From the NCBI GenBank assembly GCA_963805625.1, contig CAWDVE010000013.1, positions 128,001 through 192,000 of the forward strand: a DNA stretch of 64,000 nt. Reading direction: 5' to 3'. The notes under the pieces are model-generated. The model was given only the letters and a program-made list of their open reading frames with translations. It was not told where the DNA came from and made no database searches. Below, piece after piece: positions 38,839 to 48,688 of the stretch (position 1 is its first letter; every line of letters begins with the position of its first letter). This DNA comes from an uncultured Candidatus Rokubacteria bacterium. Lineage in GTDB: Bacteria > Methylomirabilota > Methylomirabilia > Rokubacteriales > DASRDR01. The position numbers were made by a program, and so were the translations under genes.

Positions 38839-39276
38839 CTAAACCTCGACGTTCTCCTCCTCGATCCGCTTCCGCGCGGTCATGTTGAACCGTCCCTCGT
38901 AGATCGGCCGGCCCCCCGTCGTCGGACCCTGATACTGGACGAAGAGCATGGCGCCGCCGGTATCCGTGTGGAGCGGGTCCTCGAAGTGCGGATCCGGGTA
39001 GAAGAGCATGGTGCCGGGGCCGTACGTCCGCTCGCCGATCCGGAACTCGCCCTCGACGATGTACCAGACCTGAGCGAACTCGTGCTTGTGGAACGGATGG
39101 TGCGAGCCCGGCTCGTATCGCACGAGCCCCGCGTTGGGGTTCGTCGGCCGCTCGGACGTGGGGTGCACCAGCATCTTGCTCCACTGCCCCGGCCACCGAA
39201 GCAGCTCCCACGGCCGCTCGTCCACGTGAACAGCCGTGGCCGGCTGATGGCGTTCACTCGCATCCCGCTGCGTCAT
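38839..39276 (-). CDS. Cupin domain protein
   Basis: [20 protein letters not shown]. Confidence 0.75.
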   Translation of the reverse strand: MTQRDASERHQPATAVHVDERPWELLRWPGQWSKMLVHPTSERPTNPNAGLVRYEPGSHHPFHKHEFAQVWYIVEGEFRIGERTYGPGTMLFYPDPHFEDPLHTDTGGAMLFVQYQGPTTGGRPIYEGRFNMTARKRIEEENVEV

Positions 39277-39412
39277 GGCGCGGCTCCCTTCACTCGTCGT
39301 CGAACACCGGGATCAGGATAGACGAACCGACGCCGACCGCCAAGGACCCTGCTGTCGAATCCCACCATCGGCCGTCTCCGCGAGGCGTGATACGGTAGCG
39401 TGGGTTCGACGA

Positions 39413-40705
39413 ATGTCGCAAGGTCGCGCGCGGAAGCCTCGTCTTCTGCTCTCCGTCATCGGCGGAGTCCTGGGTATCTTCCTCGTCGTCGTGCCCGCGG
39501 AACTGGCTCTTCGCCTGATCGCCGTCTTCAGCCCGGAGACGCGATACCTGGCGACGAGGCGCGGAGGCGAGTTACGGCGGCGCTTCACGAGTCTCCAGGA
39601 GTACCTCGCCACCCAGTCCGCGCACGTCGTCCCCCACCGGCGATGGTTCAACCACTGGACTAACGCGCTGGGCTTCAACGACGAAGAGTTCACCGTGCCC
39701 AAGCCGGCGGGCCGCTTCCGGATCATGGCCGTCGGCGACTCGTTCACGTACGGTCTCGTGCCGTATCCCCAGAACGTGATGACACTCCTGGAGGCGTCGC
39801 TCCGAGCTGCCTGTCCGAACCGCGACCTCGACCTGCTCAACTTCGGGATCGGCGGCACGAACGTCGCCGACTACCGGACCATCATCGAGCTCGGCTACGT
39901 CACCTACGAGCCGGATCTCGTGCTGGTCAACGTCTACGCGGGAAACGACGGCCCCGATCTCTACTATCGGACCAGCGAAGGCCTATCGCTGCACTGGCTG
40001 CTCCGGCGCTCGTACCTGTGGAACTACATCCGGAGACTCCTCCTGGTCCGCCGAAGCGTGCCGGACGCCGGCGCGCTGGCCGCAAGGGTCCAGGGCCCCA
40101 CGCCCGCCGGTGACGCGGCGGTCGAGCAACCTCGGGGCGGGCAGGTCGTCGACCCCGCGCACCGGCTGCGGGATGACGAGCCGGCGCTCGTCGGACCGAT
40201 CTTCGACGAGAAGGTCTTTGCAAGGCTCCTCGCCAGCGAGCTGGGGCGATTCTACGTTCCTCGAGATGCGCGCGCGATCGATCGGGCGTGGTATCCGACG
40301 CTGGAGCAGCTCGAGGTGGCGCGTACCTATGTGACAGGGCACGGCGGCCGGCTGGCGATCACCCTCTACCCGTCCGTTCTGCAGGTGGACAAACGTCTCC
40401 GCTCGGAGGTGATCGACCAGCTACGCGGTCAGCCGCGTGACGCCAAGATGACGCCTGAGGCCATCGATCCCGCTTTGCCGAACCGGATCCTGCTTGCCTA
40501 TTGCCGCGAGCACGGCGTCCCCTGCTTCGACCTGACGCCGGCTTTCGATCGCGCCAGCCAGGAGTCGGCCGAGGCGCTCTACAAGGCGCGGGAACTCCAC
40601 TGGACCCCGCGCGGGAACCGCGTGGCGGCAGAAGCCCAGGCTCGTCACCTGGCACCGCTGGTGTGCGGCACTACCGGAGCCGGTCAGAAACAGGCGAGCG
40701 AATGA
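39413..40705 (+). CDS. SGNH/GDSL hydrolase family membrane-anchored protein
   Basis: N-terminal TM ending ELALR, VGDSFT, NFGIGG, AGND, LHWTPRG. Confidence 0.8.
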   Translation: MSQGRARKPRLLLSVIGGVLGIFLVVVPAELALRLIAVFSPETRYLATRRGGELRRRFTSLQEYLATQSAHVVPHRRWFNHWTNALGFNDEEFTVPKPAGRFRIMAVGDSFTYGLVPYPQNVMTLLEASLRAACPNRDLDLLNFGIGGTNVADYRTIIELGYVTYEPDLVLVNVYAGNDGPDLYYRTSEGLSLHWLLRRSYLWNYIRRLLLVRRSVPDAGALAARVQGPTPAGDAAVEQPRGGQVVDPAHRLRDDEPALVGPIFDEKVFARLLASELGRFYVPRDARAIDRAWYPTLEQLEVARTYVTGHGGRLAITLYPSVLQVDKRLRSEVIDQLRGQPRDAKMTPEAIDPALPNRILLAYCREHGVPCFDLTPAFDRASQESAEALYKARELHWTPRGNRVAAEAQARHLAPLVCGTTGAGQKQASE

Positions 40706-40712
40706 CGGCGCG

Positions 40713-41846
40713 TCAGGAGCCGATCCGGAGCACCACCCGGGTCATCGGCGAGCCGTCGTCCCCGAACCAGTGCTCCCCTTCCCGCACCAGATCCAGCTCC
40801 AGGAGGAACACGCCAGCCTCCAAGGGCGCCCGGAACGTCAGGGTGACCACCGTCTCTTGCCCGGGGCCCACGGGGTGCGGCAGGAGAACTCGCGCCATGC
40901 CGCGATCAAGGACGCGGCCGTCAGGATCGGCCAGGTGAGCGCCGAGTAGAACTGCCCCCGGCCCCGATCCCGGATTCCACGTCGCGGTGCCGATATTCGT
41001 CAGGCGAACCGTCAGCGTGGGGCTCGATCCCGGCACCGCCTCCAGGTAGCGGCATCCGGGCACGATGCGGGCGCGGTCGATCTCGCTCGCAGCCACCGCC
41101 GGCCGCGTGGCCGCGGCAAAGATGGTTCCACCGAGGCCCGGCAGCCGGTTCACAAGCGGGCCGAGCCACCCGCCGGCGCCCCGGCCTCCCTCCCCTCGCG
41201 ACGGCGTCCAGGTCTGCACCCCGCTGACGCGGAATCCAACCGCCTCGAGAAGGCGCGCAACCTCGTCGGGAGCATACTCGCGCCGATGGACCCACTCGTT
41301 CATCCGGAGCGTGCGCCCGATTCCGAACAGATGGCTCTGCGGGGACCGCCCGAGGAGCGCCTGCATGCGGCCCCGGAGGTCGACGACGTTGGGAGTCGTC
41401 ACGTAGAGTGTCCCGCCCGGTCGCAAGACGCGCCAGCACTCCGACAGGAACAGCGCCGGGGTTGCCAAGTGCTCCAGGATCTCGGTGGCCACGATGCGGT
41501 CGAAGCTGGCCCCGGCGTGGGGCAAGAGCTCGCGCTCCAGGTCCACGTCCTCGACCCCGATGCCTCGCTCCGCCATCCACCGCTGGAAGGCATGCGGCAC
41601 GAAGCGGCCGACACCCGAGATCTCGAAGTGCCCCAGCCGGGCGAGGGCGAGCGCGAGGTGTCCCGGGTAGATGCCGGCGTCGAGGAGCGGGCCCGGAGCG
41701 GCGGAGCCAGCCATGATCCACGCGACCGTGTGGACGTACCGGCCGAGATTCTCGAGGCCGTAGGCCTGCTCGCCCGGCGGGCCTCCGCGGATGACCTCCT
41801 CCAGCAGCCGGCGGATCTCGGACCGCCCGGGCCGGTCCGTCCCCAC
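40713..41846 (-). CDS. Class I SAM-dependent methyltransferase with C-terminal Ig-like domain
   Basis: LLDAG, EILEHL, RVLRPGG-TTPN; C-terminal N-G-W...PG...APLEAG-DLVREG-WF. Confidence 0.8.
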   Translation of the reverse strand: MGTDRPGRSEIRRLLEEVIRGGPPGEQAYGLENLGRYVHTVAWIMAGSAAPGPLLDAGIYPGHLALALARLGHFEISGVGRFVPHAFQRWMAERGIGVEDVDLERELLPHAGASFDRIVATEILEHLATPALFLSECWRVLRPGGTLYVTTPNVVDLRGRMQALLGRSPQSHLFGIGRTLRMNEWVHRREYAPDEVARLLEAVGFRVSGVQTWTPSRGEGGRGAGGWLGPLVNRLPGLGGTIFAAATRPAVAASEIDRARIVPGCRYLEAVPGSSPTLTVRLTNIGTATWNPGSGPGAVLLGAHLADPDGRVLDRGMARVLLPHPVGPGQETVVTLTFRAPLEAGVFLLELDLVREGEHWFGDDGSPMTRVVLRIGS

Positions 41847-41867
41847 CCCGTCACCCCTGGAGATGGC

Positions 41868-42818
41868 TCAGGCGTCCGGGTGGGTCGTGATGAACCGGGC
41901 GGCGCGGGCGGGGTCCACCCCGGGCGCGCGCACCTCGACGCCCGCGGCCTCCTCCTGCAGTCGGAACACCACGTTGTTGTCGAGCCCGCCCCATCCGCGG
42001 TTCATCGCCTCGACGGCGATCTGCTCGGCGAGGTTCGTCATGGGCAACGGGACGTCGAACTCCCGGGCGAGCTCCGTGGCGAGCCCGATGTCCTTGCGCG
42101 CGAGGGCGAGGCTGAACATCGGCGGGTCGTACGCTCCGCGGAACACCGTCTTCGGCATCCCCTCGTGGAGGTAGTGCATCCGCCCCAGCGCGCCCCGCCG
42201 GAGCCCTTCCCATACCGCTTCCGCATCGACGCCCGCCTTGACGCCCAGGGTCAGAGCCTCGGCGACGGCCTGACGGACGCTGTGGCCCACCATGTTGTGG
42301 ACGAGCTTGCAGACCGAGCCCGCCCCGATCGCCCCGGCGTAGAAGACCTTGTCCCCGATCGCGTCGAGGACCGGCTTGACGCGCTCATAGACCGCCCGAT
42401 CGCCGCCCACCATGACTGCGAGGTTCCGCGTCGCGGCGCCGGTCTTGCCGCCGCTGACCGGCGCATCGAGGACGTGGATGCCCTTGTCGCGGAAGCGCGG
42501 CTCCAGCCGGCGGATCAGCGTCGGCCGGCTGGTCGTGGTGTCGACCCACACGCACCCCGTCCGCATGCTCTCCAGCAGGCCGCCCGGCCCCGTCGCCACC
42601 GCCTCGACCTCGGACGGGCCGGGCAGCGACGTGAGCGTCACGTCGGCGAGCCGCGCAGCCTCGGCCACGGACCCGGCCGCCCGCGCGCCGCGCGCGGCGA
42701 AGTCCCGCACGATCTCGGGTCGCAGGTCGTGGACTACCAGCGGGTAGCCCGCCTTCATCAGGTTCCCCGCCATGCCGCTGCCCATGTTGCCCAAGCCGAT
42801 CAATCCGACGGTGTGCAC
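41868..42818 (-). CDS. 3-hydroxyisobutyrate/tartronate semialdehyde reductase family dehydrogenase
   Basis: GLIGLGNMG, DAPVSGG, KLVHN, KDIGLA. Confidence 0.9.
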   Translation of the reverse strand: MHTVGLIGLGNMGSGMAGNLMKAGYPLVVHDLRPEIVRDFAARGARAAGSVAEAARLADVTLTSLPGPSEVEAVATGPGGLLESMRTGCVWVDTTTSRPTLIRRLEPRFRDKGIHVLDAPVSGGKTGAATRNLAVMVGGDRAVYERVKPVLDAIGDKVFYAGAIGAGSVCKLVHNMVGHSVRQAVAEALTLGVKAGVDAEAVWEGLRRGALGRMHYLHEGMPKTVFRGAYDPPMFSLALARKDIGLATELAREFDVPLPMTNLAEQIAVEAMNRGWGGLDNNVVFRLQEEAAGVEVRAPGVDPARAARFITTHPDA

Positions 42819-42911
42819 GCTGCCTCCTGTGGTTTCTGTCGCGACCGGATTCGAGCAAATCCGCTCCAGGATACCCGGACCCAGCTCACGACGGGTCGAC
42901 GATCCTGAACT

Positions 42912-43424
42912 CTACGGACGCCTCGGTCGAGCGGCGGGGTCGAGGACGATCTCCACGACGTCGACGCCCACCACCTTGACCCGGAGTCGCCAGGGCGGCG
43001 GGCCGGCGTCGACGAGCCGGAACACGGCCAGCGTGGTTCCGCGAGGACCCGGACCCCCGACCGGGATGCCGATCCCTGTCCCGACCGCGTAGCTGCCCCC
43101 GCTTCCCCAGCCTTCTGCGCCGACTCCGAGCCCCATCGAGAGGCCCCCGGAGGCACCGGCCGAGGAGGGCACGAGCGCTTCGGGCGCGATCTCCGCGTCC
43201 CCGTCCCGCACGAGCATCGCCCGCTCCACGCGATACCCCTCGGAACCAATCTCGACGCGTAGCTGATCCTCCGTCACGCGGACGTCTGCGGAAATCGTCG
43301 CGCCGAACGGTTGGCGCTCGGGCTGGTACGGGAGCGGCCTCGCGCACCCGGCGAGCGTCAGGATGGCGGGCAGGATCGCTCGCGCCGCCGCCACGGCCAC
43401 ACCACGCCCACATCCGGGCGTCAC
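42912..43424 (-). CDS. Hypothetical lipoprotein
   Basis: Lipobox LAGC and Gly-rich segment; start uncertain. Confidence 0.6.
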   Translation of the reverse strand: MTPGCGRGVAVAAARAILPAILTLAGCARPLPYQPERQPFGATISADVRVTEDQLRVEIGSEGYRVERAMLVRDGDAEIAPEALVPSSAGASGGLSMGLGVGAEGWGSGGSYAVGTGIGIPVGGPGPRGTTLAVFRLVDAGPPPWRLRVKVVGVDVVEIVLDPAARPRRP

Positions 43425-43437
43425 GCGAAGCGGCCTC

Positions 43438-43815
43438 TCACGCCGGCTCGGCGATCTCGATGAGGTTGCCGTCGGGGTCGCGGACGTAGACGGACCGGAT
43501 CGGTCCGGTCGCCCCCGTGCGGGGCACCGGGCCAGCCTCGATCGGGATCCCCGCCGTCTCAAGACGCCGGACTACCGCGTCGAGCGGCTCCTCCGCGATG
43601 AAGCAGAGATCGAGCGCGCCGGGCGTCGGCCGCGCCGCCTTCGGCTCGAACTCCCGGCCCGCCTCGTGAAGGTTGATCTTCTGGTCGCCGAACCGGAAGG
43701 CGGTGCGACCCTGGCCGAACGTTTCGAGGCGCATCCCCAGCACGCGCGTGTAGAAGTCGACACAGCGGTCGCGGTGACGCGTCGTCAGGACCAGGTGGTC
43801 GAGATGGTGGATCAC
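43438..43815 (-). CDS. VOC family protein (GLOD5-like)
   Basis: LDHLVLT, QKINLH, GPVPRTGA, RDPDGNLIE. Confidence 0.9.
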   Translation of the reverse strand: MIHHLDHLVLTTRHRDRCVDFYTRVLGMRLETFGQGRTAFRFGDQKINLHEAGREFEPKAARPTPGALDLCFIAEEPLDAVVRRLETAGIPIEAGPVPRTGATGPIRSVYVRDPDGNLIEIAEPA

Positions 43816-43846
43816 GGCACGGCTCCCCGACGCAGGGTGAGCCGGC

Positions 43847-44260
43847 TCACTTGGGTCCGAGCGTGTAGGTCCAGCACTCCCCTTCAAGAACGGCCGTCCC
43901 GTCCTGGTTGGTGATGGTCGCCTTCAGCTGGCAGACGGGCTTGTCCGGCTTCACGGCGAGGACCTCGACCTCGGCGGTGAGCGTGTCTCCCAGGTACGTC
44001 GGCGCGAGATAGCGGAGTGACTGGCTCATGAAAACCGTGCCGGGGCCCGGGAGGTCCATGGCCACGAGCGCGTTGAGCATCCCGGCCGTGATCCCACCCT
44101 GCGCCACGAGGCGGCCGAACCGCGTGCGTCCGGCGAAGTCGGCGTCGAAGTGGAGCGGGTTCCGGTCGCCCGTGATCTCCGCGTAGAGCTCGACGTCCCG
44201 GGCGGTGACCGTCTTGCTCCGCCGCGCCCGCTGCCCCACGCTGAGCCCCAGCGGGTTCAT
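43847..44260 (-). CDS. MaoC family dehydratase
   Basis: ITGDRNPLH, LPGPG. Confidence 0.88.
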   Translation of the reverse strand: MNPLGLSVGQRARRSKTVTARDVELYAEITGDRNPLHFDADFAGRTRFGRLVAQGGITAGMLNALVAMDLPGPGTVFMSQSLRYLAPTYLGDTLTAEVEVLAVKPDKPVCQLKATITNQDGTAVLEGECWTYTLGPK

Positions 44261-44272
44261 GGGGTCACCCCG

Positions 44273-45544
44273 TCAGAACGGGGGGAGGGTCCCATCGGGG
44301 TCGAAGGTCATGGCGGCGGGCTCGCCGAGGGGGGTGAGGTCGTCGCGCCCCGGGAGGTCGGCCATGAAGGCCTCCGACACCTCGACCTCGGTCAGGCGAA
44401 GCGTGTTCTGGATCCGCACGACCCGCGCGTCCTCCGACCGGTCGAGCCCGAGGCAGGAAAGCGCCACGGCAACCGCCTCCCGCGTGCTGTCGAGCACCAC
44501 CGGCAGCTTGGGCCCGCCGGGCGAGCAGGCCGTCAGCGCGTTGACGTAGGTCGGCTCCCAGTCGATCTTGTCGGCGAGCCGGCGCGTCGTGAAGTCCGCC
44601 AGGCCGATCCCGTTGGCGTTGCCGTAGGTGTTGGCCGTCGTGTCACAGGCGAGGACGAACGTGATGCGGGGGCTCGTGAACGGCTGTTCGAACCACGTGG
44701 CGTGGCGGCCGATGACGTTCGTGTCCATGCCGGTGCCGGAGATCTCCTTCCCGATCTCGTCGACGATCAGGAGATCGACCGCCTCGAAGGGCAGCTTCGC
44801 CATCCAGGCGCGCGCCTTCCGCAGGAGCTCCCGTTCCCCGGCCTCGAGGTCGCCGGGCAGGAACGCCTGAACGAGGGCCGTCTCGTCGTACCCGTTCTCC
44901 ACGACGCCGAGGCCGAACGCAATCCGGCCGCTCCGGAGCATCCCCGCGCCGAGCCCCGTGATCATCCGCTCGTAGCCGAGCCGGATGTTCGCCCGGTGGG
45001 CCTGCACGGCGCCGCGGTGTTTGCCCGTGCCGATCGTCATCATCTTGAGGAGACCGGAGCCGATGTCCCCCGTGAAGCCGGTGTGGGGCTTGATGCGGTT
45101 GATGACGCCCACCCAGTCCGCCTCCGCCGCGTACCGGTCGAGCCAGATGGGCAGGCCGAGCGCCTCGCCGACCTGGACGACGTCCATCGTCGCGCGGACG
45201 GGGCAGTCCATGGTCGCCTCGGTCACCCCGTAGTGCTCGAGGACGGAGCGCTGTCCCTCGGCCGTGCCGCCACCGTGGCTCCCCATCGCGGGGATGATGA
45301 ACGGCTGCGCGCCCAGCGCCTTCATGTGCTCCACGGTCGCGCGGACGATCGCGTCGATATTGACGACGCCCCGGCTCCCGACGGTGAGGGCGACGGACTG
45401 GCCGGCCTTCACCGGGAGCGCGAGCCGGCCGAGTGCCGTTCGCACGGCGACGGGCACGTCCTTGATCGTGGGCCCGTGGAAGGCCTGCTTCACCCGAATC
45501 ATCCGAGGGACGCTCGAGGCTCGCGGAATTCCGGTGAGCTTCAT
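44273..45544 (-). CDS. LarA (lactate racemase) N-terminal-domain/DUF362-like protein
   Basis: GSRG, PAMGSHGG, NRIKPHT, GKEISGTGMD, GIGLAD. Confidence 0.75.
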   Translation of the reverse strand: MKLTGIPRASSVPRMIRVKQAFHGPTIKDVPVAVRTALGRLALPVKAGQSVALTVGSRGVVNIDAIVRATVEHMKALGAQPFIIPAMGSHGGGTAEGQRSVLEHYGVTEATMDCPVRATMDVVQVGEALGLPIWLDRYAAEADWVGVINRIKPHTGFTGDIGSGLLKMMTIGTGKHRGAVQAHRANIRLGYERMITGLGAGMLRSGRIAFGLGVVENGYDETALVQAFLPGDLEAGERELLRKARAWMAKLPFEAVDLLIVDEIGKEISGTGMDTNVIGRHATWFEQPFTSPRITFVLACDTTANTYGNANGIGLADFTTRRLADKIDWEPTYVNALTACSPGGPKLPVVLDSTREAVAVALSCLGLDRSEDARVVRIQNTLRLTEVEVSEAFMADLPGRDDLTPLGEPAAMTFDPDGTLPPF

Positions 45545-45828
45545 CGGGGCTTGATCTCGATCTCCACGAAGACGACCTCACGGTCGTTCGGATTCCACAC
45601 GTCGTGCTCGGCGCCGGCTACCCGGAAGTATGCCTGGCCGGGCACGATGTCGTTCGACACCTCCGCCTGCGCGGTCCGGATGCGGAGCGGCCCCACGGTC
45701 ATCGGGACGACCACGTAGTCGTACTCGTGGCGGTGCCAGCCGGTCGCCTCACCCCTGGCGAATCGCCATTCGGTCACCCGGACCTGATCGTTGTCGACCT
45801 GGACTGTGGACCGAGCCTTCCCGCTCAT
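45541..45828 (-). CDS. Small cupin, BauB-like
   Basis: QVDN-VRVTEWRF-TGWHRHEYDYVVVP, EHDV-N, FVEIE. Confidence 0.8.
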   Translation of the reverse strand: MSGKARSTVQVDNDQVRVTEWRFARGEATGWHRHEYDYVVVPMTVGPLRIRTAQAEVSNDIVPGQAYFRVAGAEHDVWNPNDREVVFVEIEIKPR

Positions 45829-45854
45829 TTCAGCGCCTCGGCTTTCGTCATCAT
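45825..45854 (-). other. 9-aa mini-ORF MMTKAEALK
   Basis: ATGA overlaps at both ends. Confidence 0.3.
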
Positions 45855-45958
45855 GGTGACAGTCGCGCCCGCGACACGCCCGCGTCCATGTCCCAGTCGC
45901 GGCAGCCGACGTAGGCGCCCTCGAGGGCGAAATGAGTCATGTGCTCCTGGAACGTCAT
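45851..45958 (-). other. 35-aa mini-ORF MTFQEHMTHFALEGAYVGCRDWDMD...
   Basis: ATGA overlaps at both ends; GC3-rich codons. Confidence 0.4.
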
Positions 45959-46074
45959 GCGCCGGCAGCGCGCGCCGACGCGTCGGTGCCGTAGAGGGTC
46001 CGCCGGACACGCTCGGCCTCCTCGGCCGACGCCACGTATTCGGTGAGCCCGTCGTAGACCTTCACGTCGGTCAC
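45955..46074 (-). other. 39-aa mini-ORF MTDVKVYDGLTEYVASAEEAERVRRTLYG...
   Basis: GTGA overlap with the aminotransferase stop and ATGA overlap downstream; GC3-rich codons. Confidence 0.45.
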
Positions 46075-47408
46075 TTGCTACCCGTCGCAGGAGAAGCCAT
46101 GTCTGACCCGAAGCGGGCGCGCACGGCGTCGAATGCCGCGTCCGTCCGCTCCAGGGCAAGCCGCACGTCGGCGTCCGTGTGCGCCACCGACAGGAACCAG
46201 TTGTGCCAGGGGTGGAGCCATACGCCGCGCCGGGCGGCCTCGCTGGTGAACACGTTGGCCCGGTCGAAGGTCCCCGCCGCCACGTCGGCCGCGAATGTCA
46301 TGAATGGCAGCTGCACCGGGCCGCTCTGGGTGATCCGGAGCCCGCGAGCCCGCGCCTGAAGGGCGAGCCCCTCGCGGAGGAGGGTGCCCGCGCGAGTCAT
46401 TCGCTCGATCCCCCGCTCGGTTTCGAGGGCCTCGAGCGTTGCGAGCGCGGCCGCCATGGGGACGGCCGCGAACCAGAAGGAGCCGGTGGCAAAGACCTGC
46501 TGGGCCGCGTCCCGCAGGGAATCCCGCCCGAGGACCGCCGCCAGCGGGTAGCCGTTCGCGATCGCCTTGCTGTACGCGGAGAGGTCGGGCCGGACGCCGA
46601 GCGGCTCCCAGCTCCCGCCGAGGTGAAGGCGGAAACCCGCGCGCACGTCGTCGAGGACCAGGACTGCGCCCCGACGGTCGCAGAGGGCCCGCACCCCGCG
46701 CGCGAACGCCGGGTCGCATTCCTCCTGGTCAAACCGGGCGTCGTGGCGAAACGCGGACACCAGGACCCCGGCCAGGTCGCCGCCGGCCTGATCGGCGGCC
46801 GCCTCGACGCTGGCGAGGTCGTTGTAGACGAACGGGATGAGGTGCGCCCGGTCCTCGAGCGTCGTCCCGGCCGGCCGGGGCGTGCACCAGGGGGCCGAGC
46901 CGTGGTAGGCGCCTCGCGCGACCAGCACCTTCCGGCGGCCCGTCGCCGCTCGGGCGATCGAGAGGGTGAGGGTCGTGGCGTCGGTGCCGTTCTTCGCGAA
47001 CATCGCCCAGTCGGCATGCGGCACCAGCTCGACCAGCCGCTCCGCCAGCTCCACCATCCGCGGGGACGGGCCGTTCTGGCAATCGGCGAGGGCCTGCTGC
47101 CGCTCGACCGCCGCCTCCACGGCCGGATGCGCGTGGCCGAGGACGATCGGGCCGAAGCTGCAGACGAAGTCCACGTACTCCCGCCCGTCGACGTCCCAGA
47201 TCCGGCACCCGCGGCCACGCTCGAGGAACTGGGGAAACGGCGCGGGCCAGGTCGCCGCGTTCTGATGCCCGTACATCCCGCCGGGGATCACCCGGCGCGC
47301 CCGGTCTCGGAGCGCGGCGTCCCGGCTCGCGACCCGCTCGGCCTCGGCGCGCGCCGGTACCGTCCCGCTCCCGGACACCACTGCCGACTGCCCTGCGTCA
47401 GCTGTCAT
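46071..47408 (-). CDS. Class III aminotransferase (glutamate-1-semialdehyde aminomutase-like)
   Basis: WDVDGREYVD, KNGTDA, YHG, DDVRAGFR, SKAIANG. Confidence 0.88.
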   Translation of the reverse strand: MTADAGQSAVVSGSGTVPARAEAERVASRDAALRDRARRVIPGGMYGHQNAATWPAPFPQFLERGRGCRIWDVDGREYVDFVCSFGPIVLGHAHPAVEAAVERQQALADCQNGPSPRMVELAERLVELVPHADWAMFAKNGTDATTLTLSIARAATGRRKVLVARGAYHGSAPWCTPRPAGTTLEDRAHLIPFVYNDLASVEAAADQAGGDLAGVLVSAFRHDARFDQEECDPAFARGVRALCDRRGAVLVLDDVRAGFRLHLGGSWEPLGVRPDLSAYSKAIANGYPLAAVLGRDSLRDAAQQVFATGSFWFAAVPMAAALATLEALETERGIERMTRAGTLLREGLALQARARGLRITQSGPVQLPFMTFAADVAAGTFDRANVFTSEAARRGVWLHPWHNWFLSVAHTDADVRLALERTDAAFDAVRARFGSDMASPATGSK

Positions 47409-48592
47409 CGCACGATCTCCCCTTCGTCCCGGAGCGCTGCGCCCAGCCGGGCGAAGCCTCCCTCCAGATCAGCAATCAGGTCCTCGACGGCCTCGAGACC
47501 GACGTGGAGGCGCAGCAGGAAGCCGGGCTCCCGCCAGGGCCGCACGGTGCGTTCGGGATGCACCGGGACGATCAGGCTCTCGAAGCCCCCATAGCTCGCG
47601 CCGATCTTGAAGAGCCGGAGCCCGTCGACCATCGCCGCCACCGCCTTCTCCGCGCCCGTGCCCAGGAGGACGCCGAAGACGCTCGACGCCCCGCGGAAGT
47701 CGCGCTTCCAGATCGCATGGCCCGGGTCCTCCGGCAGCGCCGGGTGCAGGACGCGGGCGACCTCCGGGCGGCGCGCTAGCCACTCGGCGACGCGGAGCGC
47801 GGCCGCCTCGTGGTGACGGAGACGCACAGCGAGGGTCCGCAGCCCGCGGAGCGCCTCGTAGCAAACGTCAGGCGCCGGGCAGTCGCCGAACGTCGACGCG
47901 CCGTCGCGCGCAACGCGGTACAGCTCCTCGGTCCTCGTCGTGACGGCGCCGAGCAGGAGGTCGGAGTGGCCGGCGACGAACTTGGTTAGCGCCTGGATCT
48001 CCACGTCCACGCCGTGATCGAAGGGCCGGAAGTAGAGCGGCGTCGCCCAGGTGTTGTCGAGGAGCACGAGGGCGCCGCGGGCGCGGGCCGCGGCGGCAAT
48101 CGCGGGCACGTCCTGGACCTCGAACGTCTGCGACCCCGGGGACTCGAGGTACACGACCTGCGTGTTCGGACGGATCAGGCCGGCGATGCCCGCCCCCGCC
48201 CGGGGATCGTAGAAGGTGACCTCGACACCGTAGCGCGCGAGGATCTGGGTGCAGAACACGCGGGTCGGCCCGTAGACCGTGTCCGCGATCAGCAGATGAT
48301 CGTCCCGCCGGAGGAAGGCGGTGAGCGTCTGCGTCACCGCCGAGAGCCCCGACGAGAGAAGGAGGGTCCGCGCGCCGCCCGAGAGCTCGGCCAATGCTTC
48401 CGCCAGGGCGACGGTGGTGGGCGTGCCGTGGATGCCGTAGGCGAAGGCCGTGAACCGGCGCTCGTGGCGGCCCTCGTAGGCGGCCATCGTCGGATAGAGG
48501 ATCGTGGAGGCCCGGTAGAGCGGCGGGTTGACGATCCCCTCCTGCCGCTCCGGGTCCCGGCCGGCATGGACCAGCCGCGTTTCCCTCTCCAT
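47405..48592 (-). CDS. metC: Cystathionine beta-lyase
   Basis: VNPPLYRAST, YG-GTPT, ESPGS, DNTWA, LTKF-GHSD, GASYGGFESL. Confidence 0.88.
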   Translation of the reverse strand: MERETRLVHAGRDPERQEGIVNPPLYRASTILYPTMAAYEGRHERRFTAFAYGIHGTPTTVALAEALAELSGGARTLLLSSGLSAVTQTLTAFLRRDDHLLIADTVYGPTRVFCTQILARYGVEVTFYDPRAGAGIAGLIRPNTQVVYLESPGSQTFEVQDVPAIAAAARARGALVLLDNTWATPLYFRPFDHGVDVEIQALTKFVAGHSDLLLGAVTTRTEELYRVARDGASTFGDCPAPDVCYEALRGLRTLAVRLRHHEAAALRVAEWLARRPEVARVLHPALPEDPGHAIWKRDFRGASSVFGVLLGTGAEKAVAAMVDGLRLFKIGASYGGFESLIVPVHPERTVRPWREPGFLLRLHVGLEAVEDLIADLEGGFARLGAALRDEGEIVR

Positions 48593-48688
48593 GGCCCCTC
48601 CTCGAGCGCGTCGTGCCCGGCCCAGGCCAGGCGAGATCATTCTACCCGGTGCGACCCGTCTTTCGCTGGCGCAGGTCGCCGACGCCGT

